Virus record (IMG/VR): IMGVR_UViG_3300027708_000013
Strand: one strand, 5' to 3'
DNA: 64,000 bases
Source: a virus
Taxonomy: Duplodnaviria > Caudoviricetes
In this document: piece after piece, positions 9,383 to 18,318 of the stretch
Layout of the letters: every line of letters starts with the position of its first letter
Position numbering within the stretch: the stretch's first letter is position 1
The notes under the pieces: generated by a model
The model's database searches: none
Seen by the model: only the letters and a program-made list of their open reading frames with translations
Told to the model about the DNA's origin: nothing
Translations under genes and position numbers: made by a program

Positions 9383-10242
9383 CGCAATCTATTGTTCCAA
9401 TGACGTAACCACTCAGTGGGATGAACACTGGCAGCACTTTCGGGCAGTTGTAAATTTCTCTGTGCAAAATTATCACGTGCATCTTTTAATTTTGCTTCAC
9501 GTTGCGGGTCATTTCTCAATGCTGACACTGTGTTCTTTACTGATGCTAGATCTCTACTATTGTGTCCCGGTCCCAGCAGTATTTCAGCTATGTTGTTGAA
9601 GTCATTGGTTATTAAATCATTGGTTTGACGATTGGACAAGCCCGAGCGCCAGTCAAATTTAACTCCCCCGGGAAAGTCAGCAGTGCGAATGACCTTGCCT
9701 ATGCTGTTGTAAAGTATGGCACGATCTGCGGCTTTGAAGTCTTCACCATCTGCATAGCCTGTCACCTGTTTGCTGAATTCCAAATCGGGCATGAACATGA
9801 AATCTGCCTGCACAAAACCATTTGCGACATTGCCACTGATGGGAGTTCTAAAGTGTATCTGTGATCCGGCATTTTTGATCCAGCCACCCGAAAATCCAGG
9901 ATCTTTTTTCGTTTTGTTGGCCGGACGATTGAGTATTTCTGCTGCGGGTATTTTTTGCTGTTGGCACCAACGTGTCAACACCTGCATCACTGCATCATTG
10001 TTGATCACAGTGGCATCTATGCCAAGGTCCAAGTCACCCAGGCTGGTGGTTCCGGCTCTGGGACGCTTGAGACTGCCTAGTTCATTGCCACGCAGGTTCA
10101 ATCCTGTGATCTTTTCCAGCCAGGTCACTGTGGCAGGCACATCAGCTACATTGATACGTTGTGTAAGTGGGCGACCTTGATCATCTTTGAATACATTGCC
10201 ACCTAGTCCTGCGGCTTCGTTGCCGCCTTCTAGTAATATCAT
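9379..10242 (-). CDS. Pol-beta-superfamily nucleotidyltransferase
   Basis: LGS...SLGDLDLGID and FVQADFMF catalytic aspartates. Confidence 0.6.
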   Translation of the reverse strand: MILLEGGNEAAGLGGNVFKDDQGRPLTQRINVADVPATVTWLEKITGLNLRGNELGSLKRPRAGTTSLGDLDLGIDATVINNDAVMQVLTRWCQQQKIPAAEILNRPANKTKKDPGFSGGWIKNAGSQIHFRTPISGNVANGFVQADFMFMPDLEFSKQVTGYADGEDFKAADRAILYNSIGKVIRTADFPGGVKFDWRSGLSNRQTNDLITNDFNNIAEILLGPGHNSRDLASVKNTVSALRNDPQREAKLKDARDNFAQRNLQLPESAASVHPTEWLRHWNNRLR

Positions 10243-11681
10243 TTTGTTTTATTTAACAGCAGAGCTGAAAAATCCTTTGATGATTCTGCCATTGCGGGTT
10301 TAGAGTTTGTTCCAGCAGTCGCTGGTGGTTTGTAATTTACATTAGTAGATGTATTTTTGGCATTAGTATACGGCAGAGTAGTGACCTGAGGCATTGGGCT
10401 AGTAGGCACATTGTATGTAGGTTTTGCATAACCAGTAGGTCGTTGACCATAGTTCGGTGTTGCAGTTGTAGCTTGTTTCGTGTAGGGCAATCGTTGCGGG
10501 GCAGATACTGCTGGTAGTTGTGCGATATTTTTATTATTTGGATTAGCTCTATGAACTTGTCCGGTAGGAGTAGTGGTTGTTTGACCCCCGGTGGCCGAGG
10601 TTGCATTATTAGGCAATCTTGTATATGCTGTATCTACTGGGCCCATATTTTTACTCGGCATTTGAGGCATTGTGGTTGCTTGAGACTGTTGTTGAGCACG
10701 TTGTTGTGCTTGTGCTGGTCGTGCCGGTTGTGCCGGTTGTGATGACGCTGGTTGTGCCTGTGCTGGCGCTGGTTGTGCCACCGCTGGTTGTGCCTGTGCT
10801 GGTTGTGCTGGCGCTGGTTGTGCCTGTGCTGGTTGTGCCTGTGCTGGTGCATTCGGATCGTTGGGAAATCTGTTATCCACCGGCGGAGTTTTTGTAGTTA
10901 CCGGCGGAGCTACTAGTTGTTTTGCCTGTGTTGGTCTATTGGGACTACGATAAGACTGATCGGCTACGTTACCGATTCCAGCAAAGGCTGCCCGATTAAC
11001 TGCGTCGGCGGCTCCTTTTGCTACATTGCCAACAGCATTGCCAATTTTAGTACCTAGGCTGTCGGTACTTTGGGGTGTTGTTGCTTGAGTTGCTTGAGCT
11101 TGAGTTTGAGCTTGGGCTCCTCTTGCTTGAGCCAATTGTGCTTGCAAACCGCTGATGGCAGTTTTATGTTGATCGATTTGATTTTCAATTGATGCAACAT
11201 CTACCCCTGCACCCGAGGCCGAAGTGTTAGATGCAGTTGCGGTGGGTTGTGCAACAGGATCTTGTTTAAAAACTTTACCTAATTTATCTGCTGGCTCCCC
11301 ACCTACAGCGTTGGCTCCAGTGTTGAATCCCTTTGAGGCAGCACGAGCAACACCGGTGGTGGCACCTCCGGCCACAGCACCAGCTCCACCGGCGACATCT
11401 CCGGCCACTGTTGCGGCTGCTTTTCCTAGACCTTTTGCTCCGCTTTTAACAGCATTGTAGGCACCGGCCACTGGTCTGGCCACCAATTGATTGCCAAGTG
11501 CTTTACCAGCACCACCAATGGCACTGGCGGCACCTGCCACAGCATCGCCAGTTTTGTTTACGTTCTTAGTAAACTTTTGAGCACCCTTGGTTATTTTTTT
11601 AGCACCTTTTTGGATATCATTAAACCCAAACTCATCTAATTGCTGTTCTGTTACAATGTCATTAATCTTCACGATTTTCAC
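10239..11681 (-). CDS. Low-complexity Ala/Gly- and Gln/Pro-rich protein (start may be GTG at 11672)
   Basis: ORF track; AQPAQ repeats; MKINDIVTE N-terminus from the alternative start. Confidence 0.65.
   Translation of the reverse strand: MKIVKINDIVTEQQLDEFGFNDIQKGAKKITKGAQKFTKNVNKTGDAVAGAASAIGGAGKALGNQLVARPVAGAYNAVKSGAKGLGKAAATVAGDVAGGAGAVAGGATTGVARAASKGFNTGANAVGGEPADKLGKVFKQDPVAQPTATASNTSASGAGVDVASIENQIDQHKTAISGLQAQLAQARGAQAQTQAQATQATTPQSTDSLGTKIGNAVGNVAKGAADAVNRAAFAGIGNVADQSYRSPNRPTQAKQLVAPPVTTKTPPVDNRFPNDPNAPAQAQPAQAQPAPAQPAQAQPAVAQPAPAQAQPASSQPAQPARPAQAQQRAQQQSQATTMPQMPSKNMGPVDTAYTRLPNNATSATGGQTTTTPTGQVHRANPNNKNIAQLPAVSAPQRLPYTKQATTATPNYGQRPTGYAKPTYNVPTSPMPQVTTLPYTNAKNTSTNVNYKPPATAGTNSKPAMAESSKDFSALLLNKTK
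10700..10850 (-). repeat. Coding microrepeats (GCTGGTTGTGCC-type units, AQPAP/AQAQP)
   Basis: Direct inspection. Confidence 0.8.
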
Positions 11682-11931
11682 CTTTTAATTTTCGTACACC
11701 ACGTATAAATTTATTGGGATCTTGACTGCGTATGCTGTTTAACAAGCGATTTTCCAACTGCTGTGCTGTGTCACTATCATAGTTTTCACGAATATAATTT
11801 AGTAGATTGATGGCACTGGTGATAACATTGTTGGCACGGCTTTCTACGAGATTTTCTTTATCTCGATGCACCAACATAGTGTCTAATTCATCTAAAATAC
11901 TACGGGCTCGCTTTTGCAAGATTTGCTCCAA
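11662..11931 (-). CDS. Conserved phage hypothetical protein
   Basis: ORF track; late motif ATAAATA upstream. Confidence 0.6.
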   Translation of the reverse strand: MEQILQKRARSILDELDTMLVHRDKENLVESRANNVITSAINLLNYIRENYDSDTAQQLENRLLNSIRSQDPNKFIRGVRKLKGENRED

Positions 11932-11970
11932 TTTATGTTATATTTATATGGATTTAAAGTAATAAAGGTT

Positions 11971-12657
11971 TTAAAAATTTATAACATTTTCCCAGAGTTG
12001 TACACGGTCTGCATCGTAAGGTATCCATAATTGTGTTTCTATTCTGGTTTTAAGTTCACGAACTTTTACAATGTTGGGTTGTATTGGCATTAATGGTAGT
12101 ATTTTTTCTTCAACATAAGACATGTGTACAATTGGTGATGGTTGAATTTCATTTTGTCGAACATCTTTAAATCTAGGCTGGCGAGAGTATATTTCCATAT
12201 CAACTGTTGAGAAAAATATAGATTGATTTTTTAGCAAATTTAATAACAAATACTTGTAATTAGTTGTTCTTAATTCTGATTGTTTTGTTTGTATATAATG
12301 TGTGTGATAGTGCTGTATATCTTTTTGTTTACTAGCACTACTAATCCACCAGCGGTGGTTGTTTAAATCAACAGTATTAAAATAGTAAACAGGGTCTGTT
12401 TTTATAAGCTCATCCCAAGAATTATCTTGCAATAATTTATCAAATCTATTAGGGTGTGCCCATTGTACCAAAAAGAATGCTACGGGATTTTCCTTATGTG
12501 CTTCGATTACCGCCGAGGTTATAAACTCGTTACCGGCTCCAATAGCTCCAAAATTTTTATTTTCTATATCGTTGTACAATGCCGCAACTATAGCAGGCCA
12601 CTCAGGCCATATATGATTAGCAGCATAACCGTCACCAAAACAAAAAATTTTATTCAT
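11971..12657 (-). CDS. Hypothetical protein, SGNH-hydrolase-like N-terminus
   Basis: IFCFGDGY and NFGAIGAGNEFI resemble SGNH blocks I and II. Confidence 0.4.
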   Translation of the reverse strand: MNKIFCFGDGYAANHIWPEWPAIVAALYNDIENKNFGAIGAGNEFITSAVIEAHKENPVAFFLVQWAHPNRFDKLLQDNSWDELIKTDPVYYFNTVDLNNHRWWISSASKQKDIQHYHTHYIQTKQSELRTTNYKYLLLNLLKNQSIFFSTVDMEIYSRQPRFKDVRQNEIQPSPIVHMSYVEEKILPLMPIQPNIVKVRELKTRIETQLWIPYDADRVQLWENVINF

Positions 12658-13303
12658 AAAGATAAGATATATTTAAATTGACTTCGAATTCTGCCTCGTA
12701 AAATCTTTTTACCGGAATAGAATTCCATATGTTGGGGTCATATAAAAAACTATTTGCAAATTGCCATCTATCTAAATGGGTTTTAGTTGCTAAATTGCCT
12801 ATTAGTTTTTTAAACATTAATGTATTTTCAACTACTTCAGCGAATTCAATATTTTTAATATTATCTGCTACTACCGGTAAAAAAGACTTAAGATAATTTT
12901 TAGCGGTTTCTCGCTCTTTGTCGATTCGATCTAGTCCAGTAACACTGGTCCATGGTGTAGATTTATTATAATAGTGGTAATATGCTCTAGCCCAACGATA
13001 AATCTTGCTTTTAAAAGTAGTAGTAGTAATTGCAATTATTTGAGTAAACTTTGAAAAATCTAATAGATTAGGGTGGCAATGGGTTGCCACCCAATCGGTT
13101 TCTTTAAGATCATAAGAACCTATTTTTTTATATAGTAAATTAGGATCATATACGTTAAATATATCATCACTATCTCCGATTTTCCCAATTGAATGATTAA
13201 TTGATGCTATACCCCCATTTGCACTTAATCCAGAAAATGTTTGTTGCATGATATCGCACAGTAATCCTCCGCATGTATAGTGGGGGAAACAAATTAAATT
13301 CAT
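12650..13303 (-). CDS. Hypothetical AT-rich protein
   Basis: ORF track; overlaps both neighbours. Confidence 0.55.
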   Translation of the reverse strand: MNLICFPHYTCGGLLCDIMQQTFSGLSANGGIASINHSIGKIGDSDDIFNVYDPNLLYKKIGSYDLKETDWVATHCHPNLLDFSKFTQIIAITTTTFKSKIYRWARAYYHYYNKSTPWTSVTGLDRIDKERETAKNYLKSFLPVVADNIKNIEFAEVVENTLMFKKLIGNLATKTHLDRWQFANSFLYDPNIWNSIPVKRFYEAEFEVNLNISYLYE

Positions 13304-14742
13304 TCTGCTTTACTCTTCAATCCAGCCAGCATGCTTTTGAGTCTGCTGCTGTCCACTGTGGCCGAGGGCGGCGGGCTAGCATCCTTGTCAATGCTAAATC
13401 CCGACTTGGCTTTAACATCAAATTGATTAACTGTGGTGGTGGTTTTGATCTGATCCATAATTGAGGTCATTCTGGGTGGGCCACCGGCACCTGTATAACT
13501 TTCTTGGCCTTCTTCACCGGGGTCGGTGATACGCATGGTTTCTATGTTGTATTCTAAATCAATTTTATGTCCAACTCCGGTTGAGCTACGCGATTTCATA
13601 CACTGAATTTGATAACGCCCACGCTCTTTCATGGCTCTGCTGGTAAAAATACCAAACACATTGTCTGCGGTGTTGATCTTTGAAATACCGCCTGCGATAT
13701 GACTGTGATCAAACTCTATCTCTTCCACTGCACTTCTGTTCAGTTGCGATGCTGTTACAAACAACACATTGAGTTCTTTGGCTAGGTTACGCAATTCTTC
13801 CGCCACATACTTGTCTTTGATAAACTGGTCATTGGGATTGACCTTGACCGATACCGGCATCACCAAGTCCAAGTAGTCACACATGACAAAGTCCACACGG
13901 TTTCCGGTTTGTATTTGATACTCTTTGATGAAACTGCGAATGTCATTCACTGTGCTCTGTGCCGGCAGTGCCTTGATTCTATAGGCTCCGGCTTTTTTGC
14001 CCACCATTTTAACTTTGAGTGTGGTGGTGTCTATGTCCTTGCGTATGTCTTTTGTACCTGTGCTGGTCAACATGGCATCGGTTCTCAAGGCACACAGTTC
14101 TTCTGACAGTTCTAAACTGACGTACACCCCCGATAGTCCGGCCTGTAACCACGACAGTGCTATGTTCATCATGACAAGACTTTTACCCGAACCTGACCCT
14201 CCGGCAAATATGTTTAGCTCACCTCTGCTCATGCCACCGTATAAAATCTTATCCATGGTGGGCCAGCCGGTTGACACTTGTCCGCCTGAGTTGTAGTATC
14301 TATCAATACGTGACTTGGGATCTAAAAAATAGTCTGTGCCCAAGTCTTTAGTCAAACTTATTTGCACGGCGTCTTTGATCAATTTCTCCACAGGATCGTA
14401 GTCGCCTTTTTCCAGCAGGTCTGCTGATTTTAAAATGGCACGTTCCAGTTCCATGCGTCTAGTGAAACTTTCAAATTCAGTCATGAACCAGTCGTGATGT
14501 CCGGCCACTGTGTCGGGTACTGGCTTGAGTTCTACTCCGGTCACTGCATGAATCTGTTCAAGTGTGGGCAATGTTTTATAATCGTTACTGTGTGTTCGAA
14601 CGAACTCGGCCACTGCACGTAGGCTTCTATCAAAGTTTTCTGGATTATATATGTTTTGTACTCTGACGTAACTCTGTGCATCAGTCAACATCATTTCCAA
14701 AAACAATCGTTGTATCTCGGGGCTGTATTCTTTTGTTGTCAT
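13300..14742 (-). CDS. Replicative DnaB-family helicase (T4 gp41-like)
   Basis: Walker A AGGSGSGKS, CDYLDL, TASQLNR, SKINTAD, KSRSS. Confidence 0.93.
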   Translation of the reverse strand: MTTKEYSPEIQRLFLEMMLTDAQSYVRVQNIYNPENFDRSLRAVAEFVRTHSNDYKTLPTLEQIHAVTGVELKPVPDTVAGHHDWFMTEFESFTRRMELERAILKSADLLEKGDYDPVEKLIKDAVQISLTKDLGTDYFLDPKSRIDRYYNSGGQVSTGWPTMDKILYGGMSRGELNIFAGGSGSGKSLVMMNIALSWLQAGLSGVYVSLELSEELCALRTDAMLTSTGTKDIRKDIDTTTLKVKMVGKKAGAYRIKALPAQSTVNDIRSFIKEYQIQTGNRVDFVMCDYLDLVMPVSVKVNPNDQFIKDKYVAEELRNLAKELNVLFVTASQLNRSAVEEIEFDHSHIAGGISKINTADNVFGIFTSRAMKERGRYQIQCMKSRSSTGVGHKIDLEYNIETMRITDPGEEGQESYTGAGGPPRMTSIMDQIKTTTTVNQFDVKAKSGFSIDKDASPPPSATVDSSRLKSMLAGLKSKAE

Positions 14743-14746
14743 ATCG

Positions 14747-15778
14747 TTAATTATATAATCTTTTCTTTAGTAATTCAATTTTTAATCTACTGGTTTGTTT
14801 GCCTGCTAATATTGATTTCAATACAAATAATTTGCCATACTGTTGTACTGCTGCACCCACATCTTTGCATTCGCGTTGCCATTCGGGATAGCTCACTGCC
14901 CATCCGTACTCCAATGCAGCATCAATCAGTCGGGCACCGGCTCTATCGGCATCGGGCACTACTATAACTTCACGTGCTAGGCCATCAATGATGTCGGCCT
15001 GTTGCTCACTGACTTCGTTGCCCAACACTGCAACGCCATCTATGGCCATGGCATCAAACGGTCCTTCACACACTATGACAAACTTACTCCCAGGCAGTTG
15101 ACCATCAACATTGAACACATAGCCGGGTTCATGACTGTTGTGGTATTTGGGCCTGACATCATCTGAGGTAGCACGGGCAGTGTAACCAATGACCTCGTTT
15201 TGCCACGTAAACGGAATTACAACACGACGATGCAGATTGTTGTGTGTAGCCGGAGTCCACATCAAGTCGTATTTAATCAAGTCAATTCGTCTAGTGGCAC
15301 TGTATATCACAGCCGCATGAAACTCCGTTGGCACATCAGAATCTTTCAGTGTGTACCACGATTCCCAGGCTGTGAAGTTCTGTGCAGATTCTGGCAAGGG
15401 TCTTGGCTTAAAGTTGATGGCCTCGGCCGATTCCACCTCCACCAGTTGTTCGGGTGCTGTCAATTCTCTAATACGTATGGCTTCGATTACCAAGCGTTTT
15501 ACTGTGTTTTCATCAGCACCCAACCATGTTAATAATTTTCTAAACTTGTAAGTTAAATGCCGACCGGGTTGGTAAGATGCTCGAAAATTGCAGTTGAAAC
15601 AGGAATAACTCACAGCACCATCGGGATTGACAATGACTCCACCACGACCACGTGTGTCGGCACTTTCACCCGAATGTGGGCAACAAACAGCATTGAATGA
15701 CGTCCATCCGGTGGTGCTGTTGGTTCTCCGCCGTGCTGGTAATAGTTGTGTTAGGGCGAGTACAATAGAATTTGACAT
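14747..15778 (-). CDS. DNA primase (T4 gp61-like)
   Basis: Zn-binding CC..H and CFNC; TOPRIM VCEGPFDA and VPDAD. Confidence 0.9.
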   Translation of the reverse strand: MSNSIVLALTQLLPARRRTNSTTGWTSFNAVCCPHSGESADTRGRGGVIVNPDGAVSYSCFNCNFRASYQPGRHLTYKFRKLLTWLGADENTVKRLVIEAIRIRELTAPEQLVEVESAEAINFKPRPLPESAQNFTAWESWYTLKDSDVPTEFHAAVIYSATRRIDLIKYDLMWTPATHNNLHRRVVIPFTWQNEVIGYTARATSDDVRPKYHNSHEPGYVFNVDGQLPGSKFVIVCEGPFDAMAIDGVAVLGNEVSEQQADIIDGLAREVIVVPDADRAGARLIDAALEYGWAVSYPEWQRECKDVGAAVQQYGKLFVLKSILAGKQTSRLKIELLKKRLYN

Positions 15779-15846
15779 TGTGTTACAGTATATACGACTG
15801 CTGTCACAATGTCAAAAGGTTTGATAACAATGCCGATGTTATTGGA

Positions 15847-16539
15847 TTATAACGGAACTTCTTCCCATAACAGTGATGTAGTAGCTGAGTGAGCAACAGG
15901 AGTAGCAGTTGCCATCAAGCACAACACAGCGTTGGGCGGAACAATGATGTGTCCGTCAAAGTTTTCTACAAAACCCATTAATGATGGTTGTATACCAACA
16001 GCAGTACCAGTAAATGTTACGTTGAGTGGTTGACCGCCGCCTAATGAAGAACCAAATGCCACTGCCAAAGTACCAGTTAAACCAGTTAGTGCTGTATTAA
16101 GTGGAACATAACGACCCTGTGCACCAGAAGCTGTAAGAGTTTTCATGTTATATGGCTGAGCACCAGTTGAGATTGGACCTGCCAGAGCCGATACCATCCA
16201 AACATAGGGGCCAGCACCAGTGGCTGTCAATGCACTCAGTGTCACTGCCAATGTGGCCTGTAACAACACACAGTTCACAGTGGAACCCGATGGGTTATAT
16301 AAAGTAGCCAGTGGAGTTGCAGTGGCACCAGTTGTGGCTGAGGTAAAAGTTGCCGCGTTGATTGCAGTTGTTGTTGTACCGCCTTTGTACAAACTACCAC
16401 GATATGCTTGTTCGTAAAATCTGCCGTGTAGTTCACTGACAATTAAGTCACCCAATTGTCCTGCTCTAGCAGGTGCTTGTAAACCTGCAGAAATACTTGT
16501 TGTGGTAGCGATTGGACCTACCTGGTTTTGAATTAACAT
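15847..16539 (-). CDS. Putative virion structural protein
   Basis: Thr/Ala/Gly-rich; late motif GTATAAATA and AAGGAG upstream. Confidence 0.55.
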   Translation of the reverse strand: MLIQNQVGPIATTTSISAGLQAPARAGQLGDLIVSELHGRFYEQAYRGSLYKGGTTTTAINAATFTSATTGATATPLATLYNPSGSTVNCVLLQATLAVTLSALTATGAGPYVWMVSALAGPISTGAQPYNMKTLTASGAQGRYVPLNTALTGLTGTLAVAFGSSLGGGQPLNVTFTGTAVGIQPSLMGFVENFDGHIIVPPNAVLCLMATATPVAHSATTSLLWEEVPL

Positions 16540-16621
16540 CTTTTAAATCTCCTTAAATTTTTAGTGTAATTGACTTACGACTCTTAACTGTATTTATACA
16601 TTTGGTATTTTATCAAATGGT

Positions 16622-17992
16622 TTACTGCTGTTGACCAAACAATGATGCATCATTACGCATGTCTTTGGGTTCATCGCCCAGCTGTGTGTTCTGTACCGGT
16701 ACAGCAGTGGCGGAGCCATTGAATGCCGCCTGTTGTATTCTTGGCAATTCAAATATCTGTTGGTTCATGATTTTTAATTCTTGCAAGATCAGTGCCAATA
16801 TTTCAATCTGTGACTGTCCTTCATATTGGCTAGTGTCTTGCACAGTTAACGCAACTTGATTGTTGTAACCGGTGGCACTAATTGGAGCATTACCTGTTGT
16901 TGCAGAGCTTATTGCGGCGTTACTGGTTGGTATTGTTCTGTTGGCTATGATCAAGTCGCCCAACATGGTGGATGACAGTCGTCTTGCGGCACCTGCGGGG
17001 TCTATGCCGCCTGTGATCAAAGGGAAACTTGTTGCCGGCGGAGCAGAACCTACTGCAACGTTACCACCAACTGAGAGTACACCAACGGTATCTGTTGCTA
17101 ATTTACGAGCTAACCCTCCTGAATCAGCCCCACCAACAATCAACGGTACGTTGGTTGTTGTGGCACCGTGAGCAACTGGAGCAACACCACCGATTGCAAC
17201 CAAATTTTGACCTGTCAGTTGTGCGGCTGCATTTCTTAATACATAGGTAAATTGACCACCGGCAGTGGCAGTGATTCTGGCAAATCTAGCCAAAACAGGA
17301 ATTGTATAAGTTGTATTCGCAGCCAATGTCGTAGAGTAAGCACCCGATGCAGTCAACATTGGTGTGTTTGAACCAAAAGTCAAATTCGCACCGTCATTGG
17401 AAAATGCAACGCCTGCCGTAGCAGTAAAAGTAGCATTGGTTGACAAGTGTATGGTTTGATAGCCGGTGGTATCAATAATGTTGACACTACCAGCTTGTGC
17501 CAGAACTGTCACCGGCTGTGGTGCATCCGATAATATAAATGCACCTGATAAATCTTGTTTGATACCTGAGTTTTGTGCTTGTAGTTTGACGTTCAATGGT
17601 GAGTTGTTTGATTCGTCCATGGCCAATGAAACACGGTCGACAGGATTACTTGACAAATAATTATTACCTAAAATCAATAGTGTTGCGGTACCAGAAATAT
17701 TTGTTACGTTATAACGAATATAACGACTATCAGCTTTAACTAGATAAACACCATCAACTTCAATTTGTGATTTTGATCCTAAACTGGCCAATTCTGTGAC
17801 AAAAGTTGGCGTCCAATACACGCCATCCAAAGAATTTTCAACCGTTATGATACCAGAAAATGTATTACCAGAAACTTGCCATACACTTTGAACGTAACCT
17901 GTAGTATCAATTGCAGAACCTGCACCAGTAGCGGATAATGTTCCGTTGAATAAAACACTATTATCCGGGTATTGTTGTCCGATATAACTCAT
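16622..17992 (-). CDS. Putative tail/baseplate-associated structural protein
   Basis: Beta-rich composition; in the late structural operon. Confidence 0.55.
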   Translation of the reverse strand: MSYIGQQYPDNSVLFNGTLSATGAGSAIDTTGYVQSVWQVSGNTFSGIITVENSLDGVYWTPTFVTELASLGSKSQIEVDGVYLVKADSRYIRYNVTNISGTATLLILGNNYLSSNPVDRVSLAMDESNNSPLNVKLQAQNSGIKQDLSGAFILSDAPQPVTVLAQAGSVNIIDTTGYQTIHLSTNATFTATAGVAFSNDGANLTFGSNTPMLTASGAYSTTLAANTTYTIPVLARFARITATAGGQFTYVLRNAAAQLTGQNLVAIGGVAPVAHGATTTNVPLIVGGADSGGLARKLATDTVGVLSVGGNVAVGSAPPATSFPLITGGIDPAGAARRLSSTMLGDLIIANRTIPTSNAAISSATTGNAPISATGYNNQVALTVQDTSQYEGQSQIEILALILQELKIMNQQIFELPRIQQAAFNGSATAVPVQNTQLGDEPKDMRNDASLFGQQQ

Positions 17993-18309
17993 TAGGTCAC
18001 CTCAATTACAGAAACAATAACATCCACACTTTGTGAACTGCTGACAGCAATCAAATTGTTGGCGGCCACTATGAATCTGTTGGCATCCACTATGTTGATC
18101 GTAGTGCCGGGAAATATGTTTACCGTGCTGACAATGTTGGCTCTTGTGGCTCCTGAGTACATGGCTATGTTGGCAATGGCTGTGTTTGCTGTGTTATTGG
18201 CCACTGTAAATCCAATCACAGTGGCCTGTATGCCGGTGGCAGTGGGATTGTACACAGTGGTATTACCTGTTATATTTGAAGCAAGATAGTTGGTGTAATT
18301 TATGGCCAT
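17992..18309 (-). CDS. Small structural protein (fibre-associated)
   Basis: Beta-strand-rich, coupled to the next gene; late motif CATAAATA. Confidence 0.55.
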   Translation of the reverse strand: MAINYTNYLASNITGNTTVYNPTATGIQATVIGFTVANNTANTAIANIAMYSGATRANIVSTVNIFPGTTINIVDANRFIVAANNLIAVSSSQSVDVIVSVIEVT

Positions 18310-18318
18310 ATAGAGTAT

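Noticed and set aside
10337-10897. His/Gln/Arg repeat ORF (10634-10852) and Val-rich ORF (10619-10897)
   Set aside because: These are alternative-frame shadows of the AQP repeats in the 10239-11681 gene.
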